From: the human T2T-CHM13v2.0 reference genome, Homo sapiens
Reading direction: 5' to 3' (one strand)
Length of the DNA stretch: 64,000 bases
Assembly (NCBI RefSeq): GCF_009914755.1
Contig: NC_060939.1
The stretch's first letter is position 1; the number at the start of each line of letters is the position of its first letter. A program made the position numbers and the translations under genes. Shown in pieces: positions 1-15,308 of the stretch. The notes under the pieces are model-generated. The model did no database searches, was not told where the DNA came from, and worked only from the letters and a program-made list of their open reading frames with translations.

Positions 1-554
1 CGAAGGGGTTCCTCTCTATATGCTAATGTTTCCAAAGAAAACTTCTCCATTGGTGACCAAAGAGAGAAACACAAAGTCATGTGAACATCTAATTCAGTGC
101 TGAAGAAACAACAGAAAACATTACCTCTTAGCTAATGAGTGATGCTGGTATTTTTACCTTTAATACTACAAATGATGTCGAAGAATTAGAAGCAGGCCAA
201 GTTCTTGTTGCTTACAGAAGTCTCTTTCAAAAGAGAGCTGTTAGCATCTTCCATTTCAAACTGGTGCCAAATGCACAGCATTATTATTTTGTCCTAAGCT
301 GAATGGGAACTTTTTGGTAACCATCACCTGTGTTGATGTTTGAAGGGAAGTTATGCTAGTGGAAGAATCCAAGGGATATAAAATTTGTCTTCATTGGGAC
401 TATTTTTGCAATTCTGTTTTTCAGTAAGGACAATTATCTGTGAGAAGCTCTTGCAAATTACTGAATTAATTCTGTTGTATAAGTAGCTACTATAATCAGC
501 CACACACTTTTCCTTAAAATCTTCCTTTAGGATGAGGACTTGTGTACATGTAAT

Positions 555-579
555 GTGTGTGTGTATGTGTGTGTGTGTG
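555..579. repeat. (TG)n microsatellite, interrupted
   Basis: tgtgtgtgtgtatgtgtgtgtgtg seen directly. Confidence 0.85.
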
Positions 580-1829
580 ATACTGAGAGGCATCAAGTTA
601 CGGAAATGGTTGAGATGGTAAGGAGTGGCTAAGAAGAAGAAATAGAATAGGATATCATAGTTTTTTAGTGGAATTATACCTGTGTGTGGTATTTAATTCT
701 CAGTCCCAAATTCTACTTTCAAGTAGAGCAAAAGGCTTACATCAAATGTGAACTCTTTGCTTTTGGCCATTGCCCACTGTCATGTCTGAATTTCAAAAAC
801 ACATTTACATTCCACACTCATCTTAGGGTTCAATTGCATACCACTCAAAATTGTTTCTGATATATTTTTTTAAAAAATGTGTTTTAAGACTGCAGTTTTC
901 CCTCAGAGACTCCTAATCTTAGGGGAGGTCTTTGCTTTTGCATGTGCGTGCCATGATTCCATGACAAAAGAAATAAAAAGAAAGACTAAACACAGCCAAG
1001 GCTGGACCTAGACACGTGGGTGCCTCCAGACTAATAATTTGGTATCATTTCAAAATGAATTTTAAAATATTTATTTAACATTTACTTAAAGATGTAGGGA
1101 TACTCTGATTTTATATTAGTAAAAACATATATAGAAATAGATTTATGTATTAATTCACTTTGCTACCCAAAAGATAAAAGTCTGAAAAAAAAAATAGGAG
1201 ACAAACATTTCCTGCTTTCCTATAGCTCTTATTCTGTCCTCTGTTCTTTTGTGATTATCCAAACCAGACAACTTCTTGGCAAGCTTATTAAAGATTTAGA
1301 TAATGAAAGAAATTCCTCAGTTCCATGAACAGCATTGTGCTGCTCAATTTTTTGGTCTCTGAGTTTCAGCTGCCAGCTACTGCTGTCTTTTGGCTGACTG
1401 CAATTGCATGTGTGTGTTGCAAAATTATTCAGCAGAGGCATGTCCTTGTGGATGAGGACTCTTTACATTTCCATCGGAAGCACTGTCCGCTTCAGCTGAA
1501 CTTGGACAATTTGTATTTGTCATTACATAAAAAGTCACTTAAGAAAATCTTACTCAGCAAGCCTCCCATTTCTGATGGATTCTACAGATATTCTAATGCC
1601 TCCATATCAGCGCTTCAGGTAACAGTCTAGATGGCCTACCCCTCGTCGGATTTTGTATCTGGCATTTAGCAACTCTTCTTTCTGGTGACTATCTTTATCC
1701 AAAAGCCAGTTGTCTGACTGTTTTATTCTAAACTTAATTTGCCTTTTTCAAACGTGACTTTTTATTTTACTTTCTTCTTTATTAGCTTTTAATACAGGAA
1801 AGGCAAAGGAAAGCATTATAAAAAGCGTA

Positions 1830-2010
1830 AGTTTAGGAGTCAGATGTAGCAATAAATGCTGAATTTGCCCATCTCTACCCCACGAGTCTTGACAAACCAT
1901 TTTAGCCTCCCTGCTTTCAGCTTTTATCATTTGTAAGGTAGAGATACTAACACTAGCCTTGCAAAGTTGTTGGGAAGATTAGCAACACTTAATCTCCATG
2001 ATGCTCTTTG
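1830..2010 (+). mobile_element. MIR SINE fragment
   Basis: MIR core-like text ggagtcaga...ctttcagcttttatcatttgtaaggtagagatactaacact...gttgttgggaagatta. Confidence 0.6.
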
Positions 2011-4499
2011 TGAGTGATAGCTAATTTCATTGCTAGCAGGTACTATGAAATTTTTAGTTCACCTTTTGACAAGCACAAATTATGTAAAGATGGCTTAACA
2101 TCATTAAAAAACTCAACCACCTAAAATTGTGTGGAAAATAATCGTTTATCTATTTATTCATTTGTTCAACAAAATACATTAGGCTCTATTAGGTGCCAGA
2201 CACTTATATTTAATTTTTACCAAAATTTAGATTTTAAAAAAAATACATAAATATAACATGATAATGTTCTGAAAGTTTGTGTGTTTGTGTGCGTGTGCAC
2301 ACCCGTGTATGGAGGTAGTATGTACTGAGGACTATGAAGAAAGACGTAAAGTTGTAAGTAAACATCCTCTTGTCTTCTACTTGGCTGACCTTCAAAGGTA
2401 ACTACTATTTATACTTTCTTGTTCATTCAAAATTTTTCATGCATGTCACTTCATTCACTGAGCTGAGTAAGTACTGAGTACCTATTATGTGCCAGACACT
2501 CTTACAGTTTCTTGGGATGGATTAAGAAAATTAAAAGAACAAAATATCTTTCTCATTCTTCTTTCTTTAGGCTGTGTGTGTGTGTGTAAAACATTTTCCC
2601 TTTGTTTGAGATCTAATTTACATGTAGTGAAATCTGCATACCAAAATTTAAAGAGTCATGATAAATACAAGCATCTGTATGCCCCCCCAAAATGAATCAA
2701 GTTATGGAATATTTCCACTCCAGAAAGTTCGTTCATGCCCCTTCCCAGTCAATCCCTGCTCCGACCTCACGTCGCAGGCCATGAGACTCTTCTGCTTTCT
2801 CATACCAAATCCTTACCTGTTGCAGGATTTAATGTAAGTGGAATCATACAGTGTCTTATGTTTGGCGTCACCTACTTAGCAAAATGTTCTTGAAATGCAC
2901 TCATTTTATTTGCATGCATCAGTGACTTATTTGTTTTCACTATTCCGTAGTATAAGTATACCAACATTTGTTTGTTTTCTTCTTGATGGATATTTGAATT
3001 GTTTCCAGTTAAATTATTATGAATAACATGAATGTGAACGTTCATATAAAAGTATTTTTGTGGACTTGTGTCTCTATTTCTCCTTGAAGTGAAATCCCTG
3101 GGTCATAGGATAGATAGATACCAGCTTTCTAAAATACCTGAGCCACTTTACACTCCTGCAGTGTCTGAGAAATCCAGCTGCTACACATCTTCAACATATA
3201 GACCTCCTGTGTATGAAGTAATATATCATTTTAGTTTTAATTTGCATTTTCGTTATGATTAATGATTTGGGTCGTCTTTTTATGTGGATAGAGGCAATTG
3301 TACATTCTTTTGAGAAGTGCTTGTTTAAATATTTTGCCAACTTTTTAATCAGGCTGTTTATCTTTTCATTATTAAGTTACAGGAGTTCTTTATGTTTTCT
3401 GGATACAAATCATTTTTTCAGATATAGGTATTATTAATATTTTCCCATAGTCTCTGGCTTCCCTTTTCATTTTCTTAATATTGTCTTTTTTAAACAGACG
3501 TTTTTAATTTTAAGGAAGTGTAGTACAATTTATCTTTTTTTCTTTTCTAGTAAGAGCTTTTTGTATCCTGCCTAAAAATCTTTGCCTCCTCAAAACATTG
3601 CGAGGATAGTCTCCTCTGTGTTCTTTCAGAAGTTTTAGCTTTTATAATTATGTTTATGATTCATCTCAAATTAAGTTTTAAATGTGGTATGAGATAGTGG
3701 TCAAGGTTCATTTAAAAAATATGGATATCCAGTTGTGCCAGCATGATGCTTTCAAAATACTTTCCTTTTGCTTTAATTTGCTTTGGTACCATTTAAAAAA
3801 CATTGTGACCATATGCTTGTCATTCTGCTTCTAGACTTTTGATTTTATTCCATTGATTTGTACATTTATTCTTAAGTTAATATCACATTGTCATGATCCC
3901 TGTAACTTTACCGTAAATCTTAAAATCAGGTAGTATCAATGCTCCAGTTTTGTTCTTTTTGAAGATTGTTTTCTTATTTTAATGCCTTTTGAAATTCTGT
4001 ATATATTGAGAATCAGCCTGTCAAAATTTCTTTTAAAAAGCCTGCTGGATACTTCCCACTCTACAGCTTTTGCACACTTATTGTTAAATTTATGCCTGAG
4101 TATTGTGTACTTACTGATTCTATTGTAGATGCTATTGTTACTATTTTATTTTTTTTCAACTGTTCACTGCTCACTTGTTGAAATACAATATATTTTTATA
4201 TATTAACCTTGCTTCTTGTGACCATGCTAAAATCACTTAATGGGTTTAGGAATTTTGTTGTAGTTTCCTTAGGATTTTTGTGTGTGTGTGTGTGTGTAAT
4301 CATTATATCATCTACAAATGAAGATAATATTCTTTCTTACTTCCCAATCTTCATACTATGTACTTAGTTATTTAGCCTGGTTGTGCTGGCCAGAACCTCT
4401 ACCACAATGTGGAATAGAAGTGGTGACAATGGATCTGCTTGTGTCGTTTCCCATTTTAGGCGGAAAGTACTATTTAATGTGATATTTTCCATAGGTTTT

Positions 4500-5185
4500 A
4501 AAAAATTAATAGACTTAATTTTTTGAGCAATCTTAGGTTTACAGAAAAATTGAACATCAAGTACAGAGGTTTCCTATATGCTCCCTTTCCCCACTCCCAA
4601 TTTCTTCTTTGATTAATATCTTGCAATAGTGTGGAATATTTGTTAAAATTGAGAAACAATTATTGTCTTGGTCCATTCAGGTTGCTGTAAGATAATACTA
4701 CAGGCTGGATAGCTTTTAAACGAAGAAAAAAATTCTTTCTCACATTGCTGAAGTCTGGGAAGTCCAAGATCAAGGTGTCAGCAGATTCGGTGTCTGGTGA
4801 GGGCCCATTTTTTGTTCATATCATAGTTTCCTCTTGCTGTGTCCTCACATGGTGGAAGGGTCAAACAAGACCTCTCAGGCCTCTTTTGTAAGGGCACTAA
4901 TGCCATTCACGAGGACTCCACCTTCAGAACCTAATCCCCTTCCAAAGGCCCCTCCTCCTAGTACCATCTCATGGGGGATTAGATTTCAACTTACGAATTT
5001 TGGGTGAGAGACAAACATTCGGACCATAGCACATTCTTATTAACTAAAGTCCAAAATTTATATGAGAGTTCACTCTTTGTACATGTGTACAGTTGTCATG
5101 ATTTTGACAAATGTCTAAGTCATGTATCCACCATTACAGTATCATACAGGACAGTTTCACTGTCCTAAACATCTTCTGTGCTGTG
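4500..5185 (-). mobile_element. L1MC-like 3' end fragment, split by an MLT1A LTR
   Basis: ttttgagcaatcttaggtttacagaaaaattgaac...; resumes at 5032 with cattcttattaactaaagtcc...atccaccattacagtatcatacag. Confidence 0.65.
4664..5031 (-). mobile_element. MaLR solo LTR, MLT1A-like
   Basis: TG...CA ends; tctgggaagtccaagatcaaggtgtcagcagattcggtgtctggtgaggg; ends acaaacattcggaccatagca. Confidence 0.85.
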
Positions 5186-5761
5186 CTGGAGATTTTTCAT
5201 AGATGATTGAACTTCCTTAACCTGGAACAGGTTGAAGAAGTTCCTTTTATTTCTAGTTTGCTGAGGATTTTTACCATGAATGAGTGTTGAATTTCATTAA
5301 ATTATTGTTCTGCATTTATTAAAATAACCATATGGTGGTTTCTTTTGGCCTTTGTTAGCATAGTAGTTTACATTGATTGATTTTCAAACAGTAAACCAAT
5401 ACTGCATTCCAGGTAAACCTCATTTGGTCATGATGCATTATGATTTTTATATACTACTGAATTTAGTTTCCTAATATCTAATTAAGAATTTTTATGATTT
5501 TTGCATGAAGAATATTTTTCTATAGTTTTCCTATGTTTTCTCTGGATTTGATATTAGGGTAATACTGACCTCATAAAATGAGTGCAGAAGTATTTCCTCC
5601 TCTACTATTTTCTGAAAGAGTTTGTATAGGGTTGATTATTGTCACAAACAGTTCATAATCCCTTGTTTTAAAAATATCTTTATGATCTCTCTGATGTTTC
5701 TCTTTTCATATACATTCTAAATATCTTTCCACTTTTTTATTTTCAAATGTCTCTTTTTTAA

Positions 5762-6216
<455 letters not shown>

Positions 6217-6571
6217 TGTATTAGTCTGTTCTCAAGCTGCTGATAAAGACATACTTGAGACTGGGCAATTTACAAAAGAAAGAGGTTTAATGGAGAACTC
6301 AGTTTCCACATGGCTGGGGAAGCCTCACAATCATGGCAGAAGGCAAGGAGGAGCAAGTCACATCTTATGTGGATGGTGGTAGGCATAAAGAGCTTGTGCA
6401 GGAAAACTCCCCCTTATAATAACCATCAGATCTCATGAGGCTTACTCATTCTCAAAAGAAGAGCACAAGAAAGACCTACCTCCATGATTCAATTAACTCC
6501 TACTGGGTCCCTCCCACAACAGGTGGGAATTCAAGATGGGATTGGGGTGGGGACACAGCCAAACCATATCA
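6217..6571 (-). mobile_element. THE1A/B-like LTR
   Basis: tgtattagtctgttctc...gctgataaagacatac...gggacacagccaaaccatatca. Confidence 0.93.
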
Positions 6572-6574
6572 GCT

Positions 6575-9350
6575 AATTATGAATGTTTTCAGTTATTTAT
6601 CTAAAAATATTTTTATTTTACCTTCATTTTTTTCAGGCTATAAAATTCTAACCTATGAAATTCTTGGTTGAAAAGTTGTTTTTACTCCTAGAACGTAAAA
6701 GATGCCTTTCCGTTTTCTTCCAGCTTACATTGTTTCTGATGAGGAGACAGTGCTTATTCTTATTGTTCTGTATGTGTTCTATATTTCCCTGGCTGCTCTT
6801 AAAATTTTCTCTAGCATTTTAGCCATTATTTTTCAAACTTTTGTTTTCTTTGTTTTGATCTGTCACTCCTTTCCATCTTGGACTCCAATTGCACATATGT
6901 TAGAATGCTCAATATTGTCTCACAGTCACTGTGTCTCTATTATTTTTTTCAGTCTTCCTTCCCTCTGTATATTTTATTTTGCATATTGTATATTAAACAA
7001 TTTTCAAAGGCTTTACTTTCTTTTGGAGTGTTCAATCTTTTTTTAGTGTATTTAATGTACTTTTCATTTCAGATATTGTATGTTTCCACCCTAGATTTTT
7101 TTTTTTTTTTGGTATAACCTTTTCTCCTCTCTTTTGAGATTTCTACCTAGACTCTCATTAGATCCATATTTTCCTTTTCTTTTCCTTTTAAGTCATTTTC
7201 TCCTAAATTTTACATCTGTATTATCATTTGGCCTGTTTCCATTTACTATTTTTTCTTCATTATAAATCATATTTCCTTCATTTTTACATGCCTAACATTT
7301 TATTTTAGCATATGTTGGATATTAAGGATTTTATTATTTTTATTTTGTCTTTAATGTTTTGAAGTAATTTTAACTTTTAGATTCAGTTGGTACATGTGCA
7401 GGTTTGTCACATGGTTACATGGGCATATTGCATAATGGTGGGGATTGGTCTTCTAGTGTACCCATCAACAAAATATTGTACATTGTACCCAATAGCTAAT
7501 TCTTCAACCCCCAAGCCCCTTTCACCCTTTTGAAATCCCCAGTGCCTATTATTTACATCCTCATGCCCATGTGTACCCATTATTCAGCTCCCACCTGTAT
7601 GTGAGAATAGGTGATATTTGATTTTCTGCTTCTGAGTTACTTCACTTAGGATAATGGCCTCCAACTCCATCTATGTTGCTGCACAACACATGATTTCATT
7701 CCTTATGGTTGCATAGTATTCCATAGTGTATATATACTACATTTTCTTTATCCAATCAACCATTTGTGGATACTTAGGTTGGTTCCATGACTTTGCTATT
7801 GTGATATTTTGATAGCTATAGTTCTGTGATAAACATGTGAGCGCAGGTGTCTTTTCATGTAATGATTTCTTTTCCCTTGGGTGGATACCCAACAGCAGAA
7901 TTGCTGGGTGGAAGGGTTTTTGATAAAATTAACAAAAATAAACAATGAAGATAAGATATCTTATTCAGTAAATGGTGCTAGGGAAACTGGCTAGCCATAT
8001 GCAGAAGAATAAAACTGGACCCCTATCTCTCACTGTATATAAAAATTAACTCAAGATGGATTAAAGACCTCAATGTAAGACCTGAAACTGTAAAAATCTA
8101 AAAGGAAACCTGAACATTGGCCTAGGCGAAGCATTTATGATGAAAATCCCAAAAGCAAATGTAACAAAATAAAAAATAGACAAATAGGACTTAATTAAAT
8201 TAAAAAGCTTCTGCACCGCAAAATAAATAATAAAAAAAAAAACAGACAACCTGCAGAATGGGAAAAATATTTGCAAATTATACCTTCATCAAAAAACTAA
8301 TATCCAGAATCTACAAGGAACTCAAACAACTCAACAAGTAAAAAAAAAAAAAAAAAATTAAAAAGTGGGCAAAGGACATGAACAGATATTTCTTAAAACA
8401 TACAACATCACTAATCATCAGATAAATACAAATTAAAACTACACTGAGATATCATCTTACACCTGTCAGAATGGCTATTACTAAAAAGTCAAAAAACCAC
8501 AGTGTTGGCATGAATGTGGAGAAAAGGGAATGCTTATAAACTGTTGGTGAGAATTTGAAGTAGTTCAACGTCTTTGGTAAAACAGAATGGAGGTATGTCA
8601 AAGAACTAAAAATAGAACTCTTTGACCAAGGAAGATATTTTTTTCTTGAAGACAGTTTGCTTTTTTTTTTTCTTTTGAACAGTGCTTTGGTTTTAGAAAG
8701 TAGTTGATTTATTGGAGAATCAGCTTAATCCAAGCAAAGCTTGGTTTGGAGTTTTGCTGAGGCTACTCTAAGATTACCTTTATACTGGGATACAGTAGCA
8801 CTTTTCTATGGTATGTAGTTTTTGAGGTCTTAACTAAATGCTCAGAGTATTTAGAAAGGTCTCTACACTTAACTGGTTGGAACTCCACCATATTTCAGCA
8901 TTGTATAATCTCCAGAATCTCCTTCCAGCTCACAATCCTTCAGTAGCTGTTATCCCAGATTTTTTTTCAGGGTTTCACACTTTACATGCACAGCTTAATA
9001 TTCAAGGGGATATATCATGTATAGCTTCCTTCTCTCCTGTACTGTGCCCTTCAAATTCCACCTTCCCTAGAAGCCCTGAATTTTGATCCCTCTTTCACTT
9101 AGAGAGATTGCTGCTGTCTGTTTGGTCTGTACTTTACTGCACCATAGTTGGTAAGGCTTTTTGAAGTAGAAAACTGTGGCAAATTTGAAGCTCATTCATG
9201 TGTTTCCCTTTTCTCAAAGATCAGAGACAACTCTCTCTTGTCTATTGTCAAATTCTAGACAGAGTTGCTTAAAAATATTTTGTTTACTTTTTTAGTTATT
9301 TGAGACAAAGTCTGACCCATTACTTTTATGTTTATGGTTCGAAATGGAAG
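6575..9350 (-). mobile_element. Old L1M ORF1/5' region remnant, interrupted by the L1 at 7365-8630
   Basis: T-rich antisense ORF1-like text (ggctataaaattcta, gtttctgatgaggag); 8660-9350 resembles 56540-57200; may continue the element at 2600-5640. Confidence 0.5.
7365..8630 (-). mobile_element. 5'-truncated, 5'-inverted L1 (L1PA16-L1PB age): minus 3' part ~7365-7916, plus inverted ORF2 part ~7917-8630
   Basis: Antisense 3'UTR tacatgtgcaggtttg...ttgctgggtgg, then sense ORF2 C-terminal text aaatggtgctagggaaactggctagccatatgcagaag...aaaatagaactctttgacc. Confidence 0.85.
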
Positions 9351-10872
9351 TTCTTACAAAGAATTTTTAAAAATATAAATGATATCCCAAAAGTTTGCTC
9401 CAATTTTTAAAAAATAATACATTTTAGAAACATTTCCATATCAGTATATATGGATCTGTCTCATTTTCAGAAAATAGTTGCATTATATATCATAGAATGC
9501 CTTTGCTGTATTTTATCTAAACATCTCCATTAATAGATAGACAATGCTGCAATAAAAATATACCAGTAGACTACATTTATGGTAGTGGAGTTGATAGATC
9601 AAAAGAAGAAATATTTGATATTTTGATAGCTAGTAACAAAAGACTCTGAGAGTGCCATTTTTATTCCTGCCAATAGTGTAAGACAGTTTGTGTTTTTCAT
9701 TTTTCATACTGTCTCCCACACAGGTATTATATGACAATAATTTAAAAGAAGAAATAAACTTATGTACATTCATTTGTATTAATGGAAATTTCCCAGTGAT
9801 TTTGTAAGCTGATATTTAATGCTGAGTCCTTTTCCCTCAGTGACATTTTGCAATGTCTGAGGCATAGGAATTAGTAAAAAAAAAATTACTGAATTAATTT
9901 GAAAGGACATAGTAAATTTTTACACTTTAAAAAATGGCAATATAGTACAGTTACATTATTAGAAATATTGAAAAAATAAAGAGCTCTGACACTAAAATGG
10001 TTACTCAAAGTTAAGAGATGTCCATGACCGACAAGAGCAGCTCTGGTTGGAGTTCCATGGAGGAGTCGTCAGACCAGCTTCCTGAGGTTTTATAAATCTA
10101 AACCCTGATCTATGTTTAACCACTTTCCGCTGATTATTTACTCCTCTCTATTCCAGCAGTCTGAAATCTTGAGAGGCATGTTTTCACAACTGGTTGGAAA
10201 TGAGAGTTAGGTGGGTTAGATCAAACACTTCTTCCCTGTGATCTAGGGAAGGAAATCGAGACCTTTTCAAAACATACTCACTAGATTAGCCATACAGTTT
10301 GGGGCTTGTTCTAGCATCCTATATAGACTCTTTTATGTCCATTTAGAGCCTTCAAGAAATTAAGTACAGAAATAGAAAAAAGAAAGACAAGGAGGGTCAC
10401 AGAGTCCAAATAATTTCTGCAAATAACTCTAACACACCTGGCATCAAGATTGCCCTTTATATGTAGTTACCACAAAATCTAAAAAAAGTAATTTATAAGC
10501 ATAATTACTCCAAACAAATATCAAAAAGAAAAATATTCATGGAGAACATGAATAAAATGCATACATCATTTGGGCAAGTCATCACACTTTTCTGGGTCTT
10601 TCTTTTACTTCTTTATGTATAATTTTAAGACCACTATTTTTTTGTTGTTGTTGACAGAAAAACTGCAGAGAAAGGGTAAACTTTGAACTAAGCCTCAGGG
10701 ATTGAGAGAAATTGCTAGTTAAACTAGAAAGGAAAGCTATTCCGGGCAGGAAAGAACATCCTTTTTAGGAGGATCCCCTTTACTCTTGAAGACAGAGTTA
10801 GGCTCTCCTCCCCTGGGCTTCTGCTGTACTATGTATTTATTTCTGTTATCAATATTTATTTGATTGCATAAG

Positions 10873-11613
10873 TGATATGGCTTGGCTTTGTCCCCACCCA
10901 AATCTCATCTTGAATTGTAGTTTTCATAATCCCCATGTGTCCTGGGAGGGACCAGGTGGGAGGTGATTAAATCATGGAAGTGGTTACCCTCATGCTGCTC
11001 CTGTGATAGTGAGTTCTCATGAGATCTAATGGTTTTATAAGGGGCTTGCCCCTTCGCTGGGCACTCATTCTCTCTCCTGCTGCCTTGTGAAGAAGGATGT
11101 TGTATTAATCTGTTCTCACACTGCTAATAAAGACATAGCCCAGATTGGGTAATTTATAAAGAAAAGGAGATGTAATGGAATCACATTTCCCCATAGCTGG
11201 GGGGAGGCCTTACAATCATGGCAGAAGAGGAAGGAATAGCAAAGGCATGTCTTACATGGTGGCAAGCAAGAGAGCATGTGCAAGGGCACCGAACTGCCCT
11301 TTATAGAACCATCAGATTTTGTGAGACTTATTCACTATCACAAGAACAGGATGGGAAAAACCTGCCCTCATGATTCAATTACCTCCCACCAGGTCCCTCC
11401 CATGGGGATTATGGGAACTACAGTTCAAGATGAGATCTGGGTGGGTACAGAGCCAAATCATATCAGACATGTTTGCTTCCTCTGTCACCATGATTATAAG
11501 TTTCCTGAGGCCTCCCAAGCCATGCAGAACTGTGAGTGTATTAAACCTCTTTCCTTTATAAATTATCCAATCTTGGGTATTTCTTCACAGCAGCATGAGA
11601 GCAGACTAATACA
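10873..11613 (+). mobile_element. THE1D-like solo LTR, split by a nested THE1 LTR
   Basis: tgatatggcttggctttgtccccacccaaatctc...gaagaaggatgt | gacatgtttgcttcc...gactaataca; flanks ataag/atatg. Confidence 0.92.
11101..11465 (-). mobile_element. THE1C-like solo LTR nested in opposite orientation
   Basis: tgtattaatctgttctcacactgctaataaagacata...agccaaatcatatca; 5-bp TSD gatgt/gacat. Confidence 0.92.
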
Positions 11614-11959
11614 ATATGTTTAACCCCAAATGTCTAACCCTTGGCCAGACACAGGTGGTCAGTCACTGAACACTTGATGAATAAGGAGACGTAATAGATT
11701 GATGAGACAGAAAAGCATGCCTCGTGAAGGCCAAATCCACTATTGATTTGGCACAGTACTAGGTGGTATGGGGCCCACATCCAGTATTTAAGAGAAGATC
11801 AAAAAGTTTATTTCTGTGTATAGGAACATCCTTAAACACACGGTAAAATTAATAGCACACTCAGTGCTCTAAGGTAGAACTGTCCCCTAACTATAGAATT
11901 GTCCCTCAATTCTAAGGTAGAATTATCTCCAACAATAGGCATTGGGACGGGAAGAATTG

Positions 11960-12900
11960 GTTTGCAAAAATTTCAGAAGGCTTTATGGAAAAGAGAAGCT
12001 GGCAAATGGGCCCTGAAGGACAGATAAGGTTTGTGTGGGAGAAGGAGAAAGGAAGGCCTCCAGGAAGGGTGATCAGGAGTCAAGGAAAGGAACTGTATGG
12101 AACATGTAGTGGCAAGTAGCATTTTATGCTTGATGAACAAAATGAGCCATGTGAGGGAATAAAGGCGAACAAGGTAGGACAGATGCAGGCTTTCCAAATA
12201 GCAAAAACTACAAAAATCAGACAAAAGCATTTGTACTTAATGAAGCAAATATGTGAAGCATTCCAAGTTCTGAAAGAGGAGAGTGACACGATGACAGTAA
12301 CGTTTAAGAATGCCTGGTATAAGTTTAGCAGTAGCAGCCAAGAGATTCTGAGTGACTTGATGTCAGGTGTTGGGTCTTATTTATTTGCGGTGTATATTCT
12401 GTGACTAGCATAGTGTCTGACACAGCACATTCTTAATCAAGTTTTAAGTTAAGTTATCCTCCTGCCCATAATTTCCTCATCAGCTAAACCAGGAATAAGA
12501 AGGATATAGCAGTAATCCAGGCATAAGCTGATGACAACCATGAATATGGTGGTTTCAGTATAAATACATAAAAAGGGCAAATCTCAAGGACATTTCAAGG
12601 AAAGAAATAACAAATCCTCTTGCAAGATTGGAAATTGTGAGTGAAGAGTTTTGAAGTGATGTTTGGATGTCTTGCCTGAAGAAATAATGGTAGCCCTATA
12701 TAAAATGGGGGTACTTGTGAAGGATCTTGACTGAAAGCTTGAGAAACATGAAGAGTTTGGGTGATGGAAATGTTGAAATTGGTGGGACAACCAGATGTCA
12801 AATTTAAGGTCTCCTATGAGCATTTGGAAGTTTGGAATATATGTGAGAAGTCAAGAATGAAGATCATTTCTATTTCTATGAGTGAGGATGGGGAAAAAAA
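11960..12900 (-). mobile_element. L2 fragments
   Basis: Purine-rich L2-like text (gaaggctttatggaa, gtaatccaggcataag, gagtttgggtgatggaaatgttgaaatt); highly diverged. Confidence 0.5.
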
Positions 12901-14489
12901 AAAGAAGTAACATAGGGCTTTGAGGAAAATAATGCCTTGAATGAAGTGCTTGAGATAAGAATCAAAGCCTGGAAATACTGGCCACAGAGCAAATGCAACT
13001 GGAGCCCTCATTGGAGAAATGTTCATTTATGTGGTTATTCAGCCATTGTGAAGACTTAATGGCTTATATAGATTTGTGTCCAACGTGAATTGGTGTGATA
13101 ACTAAGACTGGAAAGGACTTGTGTTATCAGAGGTCAACTGGATTCTCCTTCATTGAGTTTCCAGAAAATGGACATTTATTACAACAGAAAACTTAGCAAT
13201 GCTCATGAATGTTTCATGGGTTTTACTGGCCTTTTCATGCCATCAAAAAGAGACCTATACATTTTCCCTTTGCTCAGAGACATGTATGTTAAGACTTCTG
13301 CTGGGAGGCCACTTATTTTATTTGGAAATGTATGAACGAAAAGGACAGATTGGAGTTTTCTAGACAAAACATTGGAATGTTTTGGGTCATACCTGCTTTC
13401 ATGATGTTGCTAATGTCCTTGGCTTCATTATTCACACCTCCAAAACAATGCTTTAAGCCAATTTGAAATGTTCCTGGGGGTAGAAAAGATTGATAGTTCT
13501 GTTTTCTTTCAAAAAACATTTAGCAATTTTAGAAATCTTTCTTTCCAACATGTCATAGCACACCGCATCTTGCCTTTCACATAAAACATATCACAATGCC
13601 TCTTATACAACTTTTGGCTGCAAAAGAATGATCAAAATGGAAATTCGCCTCTACTTTAGAAACAAATAGGGTATTTACACGTAAGCCAGGAAAATTTTCA
13701 GAAATGTTTACAAATGCCATGGCTAACAAAACAAAAAATAACTGAAGATTTCCATAGAGGCGTGGCTTTCAAACATTTCTGAGAGTAACTTGAGTAAGAA
13801 ATGCATTTTATATTATTGTCCGACTCTCTCTGTCTCTGTGCACACGTCCATGTGTCACACACACACACAGATGCACAACTAAGACAGTTTGACAAAACAA
13901 TACTTATCCTTGCTACTTGGGAATGCACTATTCTATATTATCCCACTCCATGGGATAAAAATGAGGCTGATTGTGATTATTAAAATGATTTTATATCTGT
14001 AGGCTGAAAAACATTGCTAAATCATTTATATGGGCCTATAAGAAAAATTTATTTTTTTAAGCTTGGAAATAGGCCATATGTTTTCATCCTAGGGGCACTT
14101 TATAGATCATTTTTATCTCCTCATCCCAAATTGGCCATTAGCCTTACTTAGTGGCGAAATACACACTTGGCTATGGGCAGTTTCATCGCCATGCCCACCT
14201 TCAAGGAGGGACTCTTTCTTCCAGGTCTCTTATACCAGCCACCACCTCTCTGTCCTTGATTCCCTCTCTCTGCCATGGTAAATTAAGGAGCAACTCTACT
14301 CACCTATCCCACACAAACCTTATTACACATCACGGAACTATGTTCCCCCAAAGATTCTATGCCAAATGATAGACTGGTATTTATTTTGCCCACCCCTTAG
14401 TCAAATAGCTCTAGTGACTCAAGAGGCAGAGGAATCTAAGAAAGACAGGATGGGAGCAGTGACCCCAGGATTTCTTTTTTTTTTCTTTT

Positions 14490-15308
<819 letters not shown>

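Larger units (their letters stand above)
2600..5640 (-). mobile_element. Old L1M (L1MB-ME-like) 3'UTR plus ORF2 remnant, interrupted by younger inserts at ~4500-5185
   Basis: Antisense L1 motifs such as gagaagtgcttgtttaaatattttgccaac, ggatatccagttgtgccagca, gaatagaagtggtgacaatgg; heavily diverged with no open frame. Confidence 0.75.
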
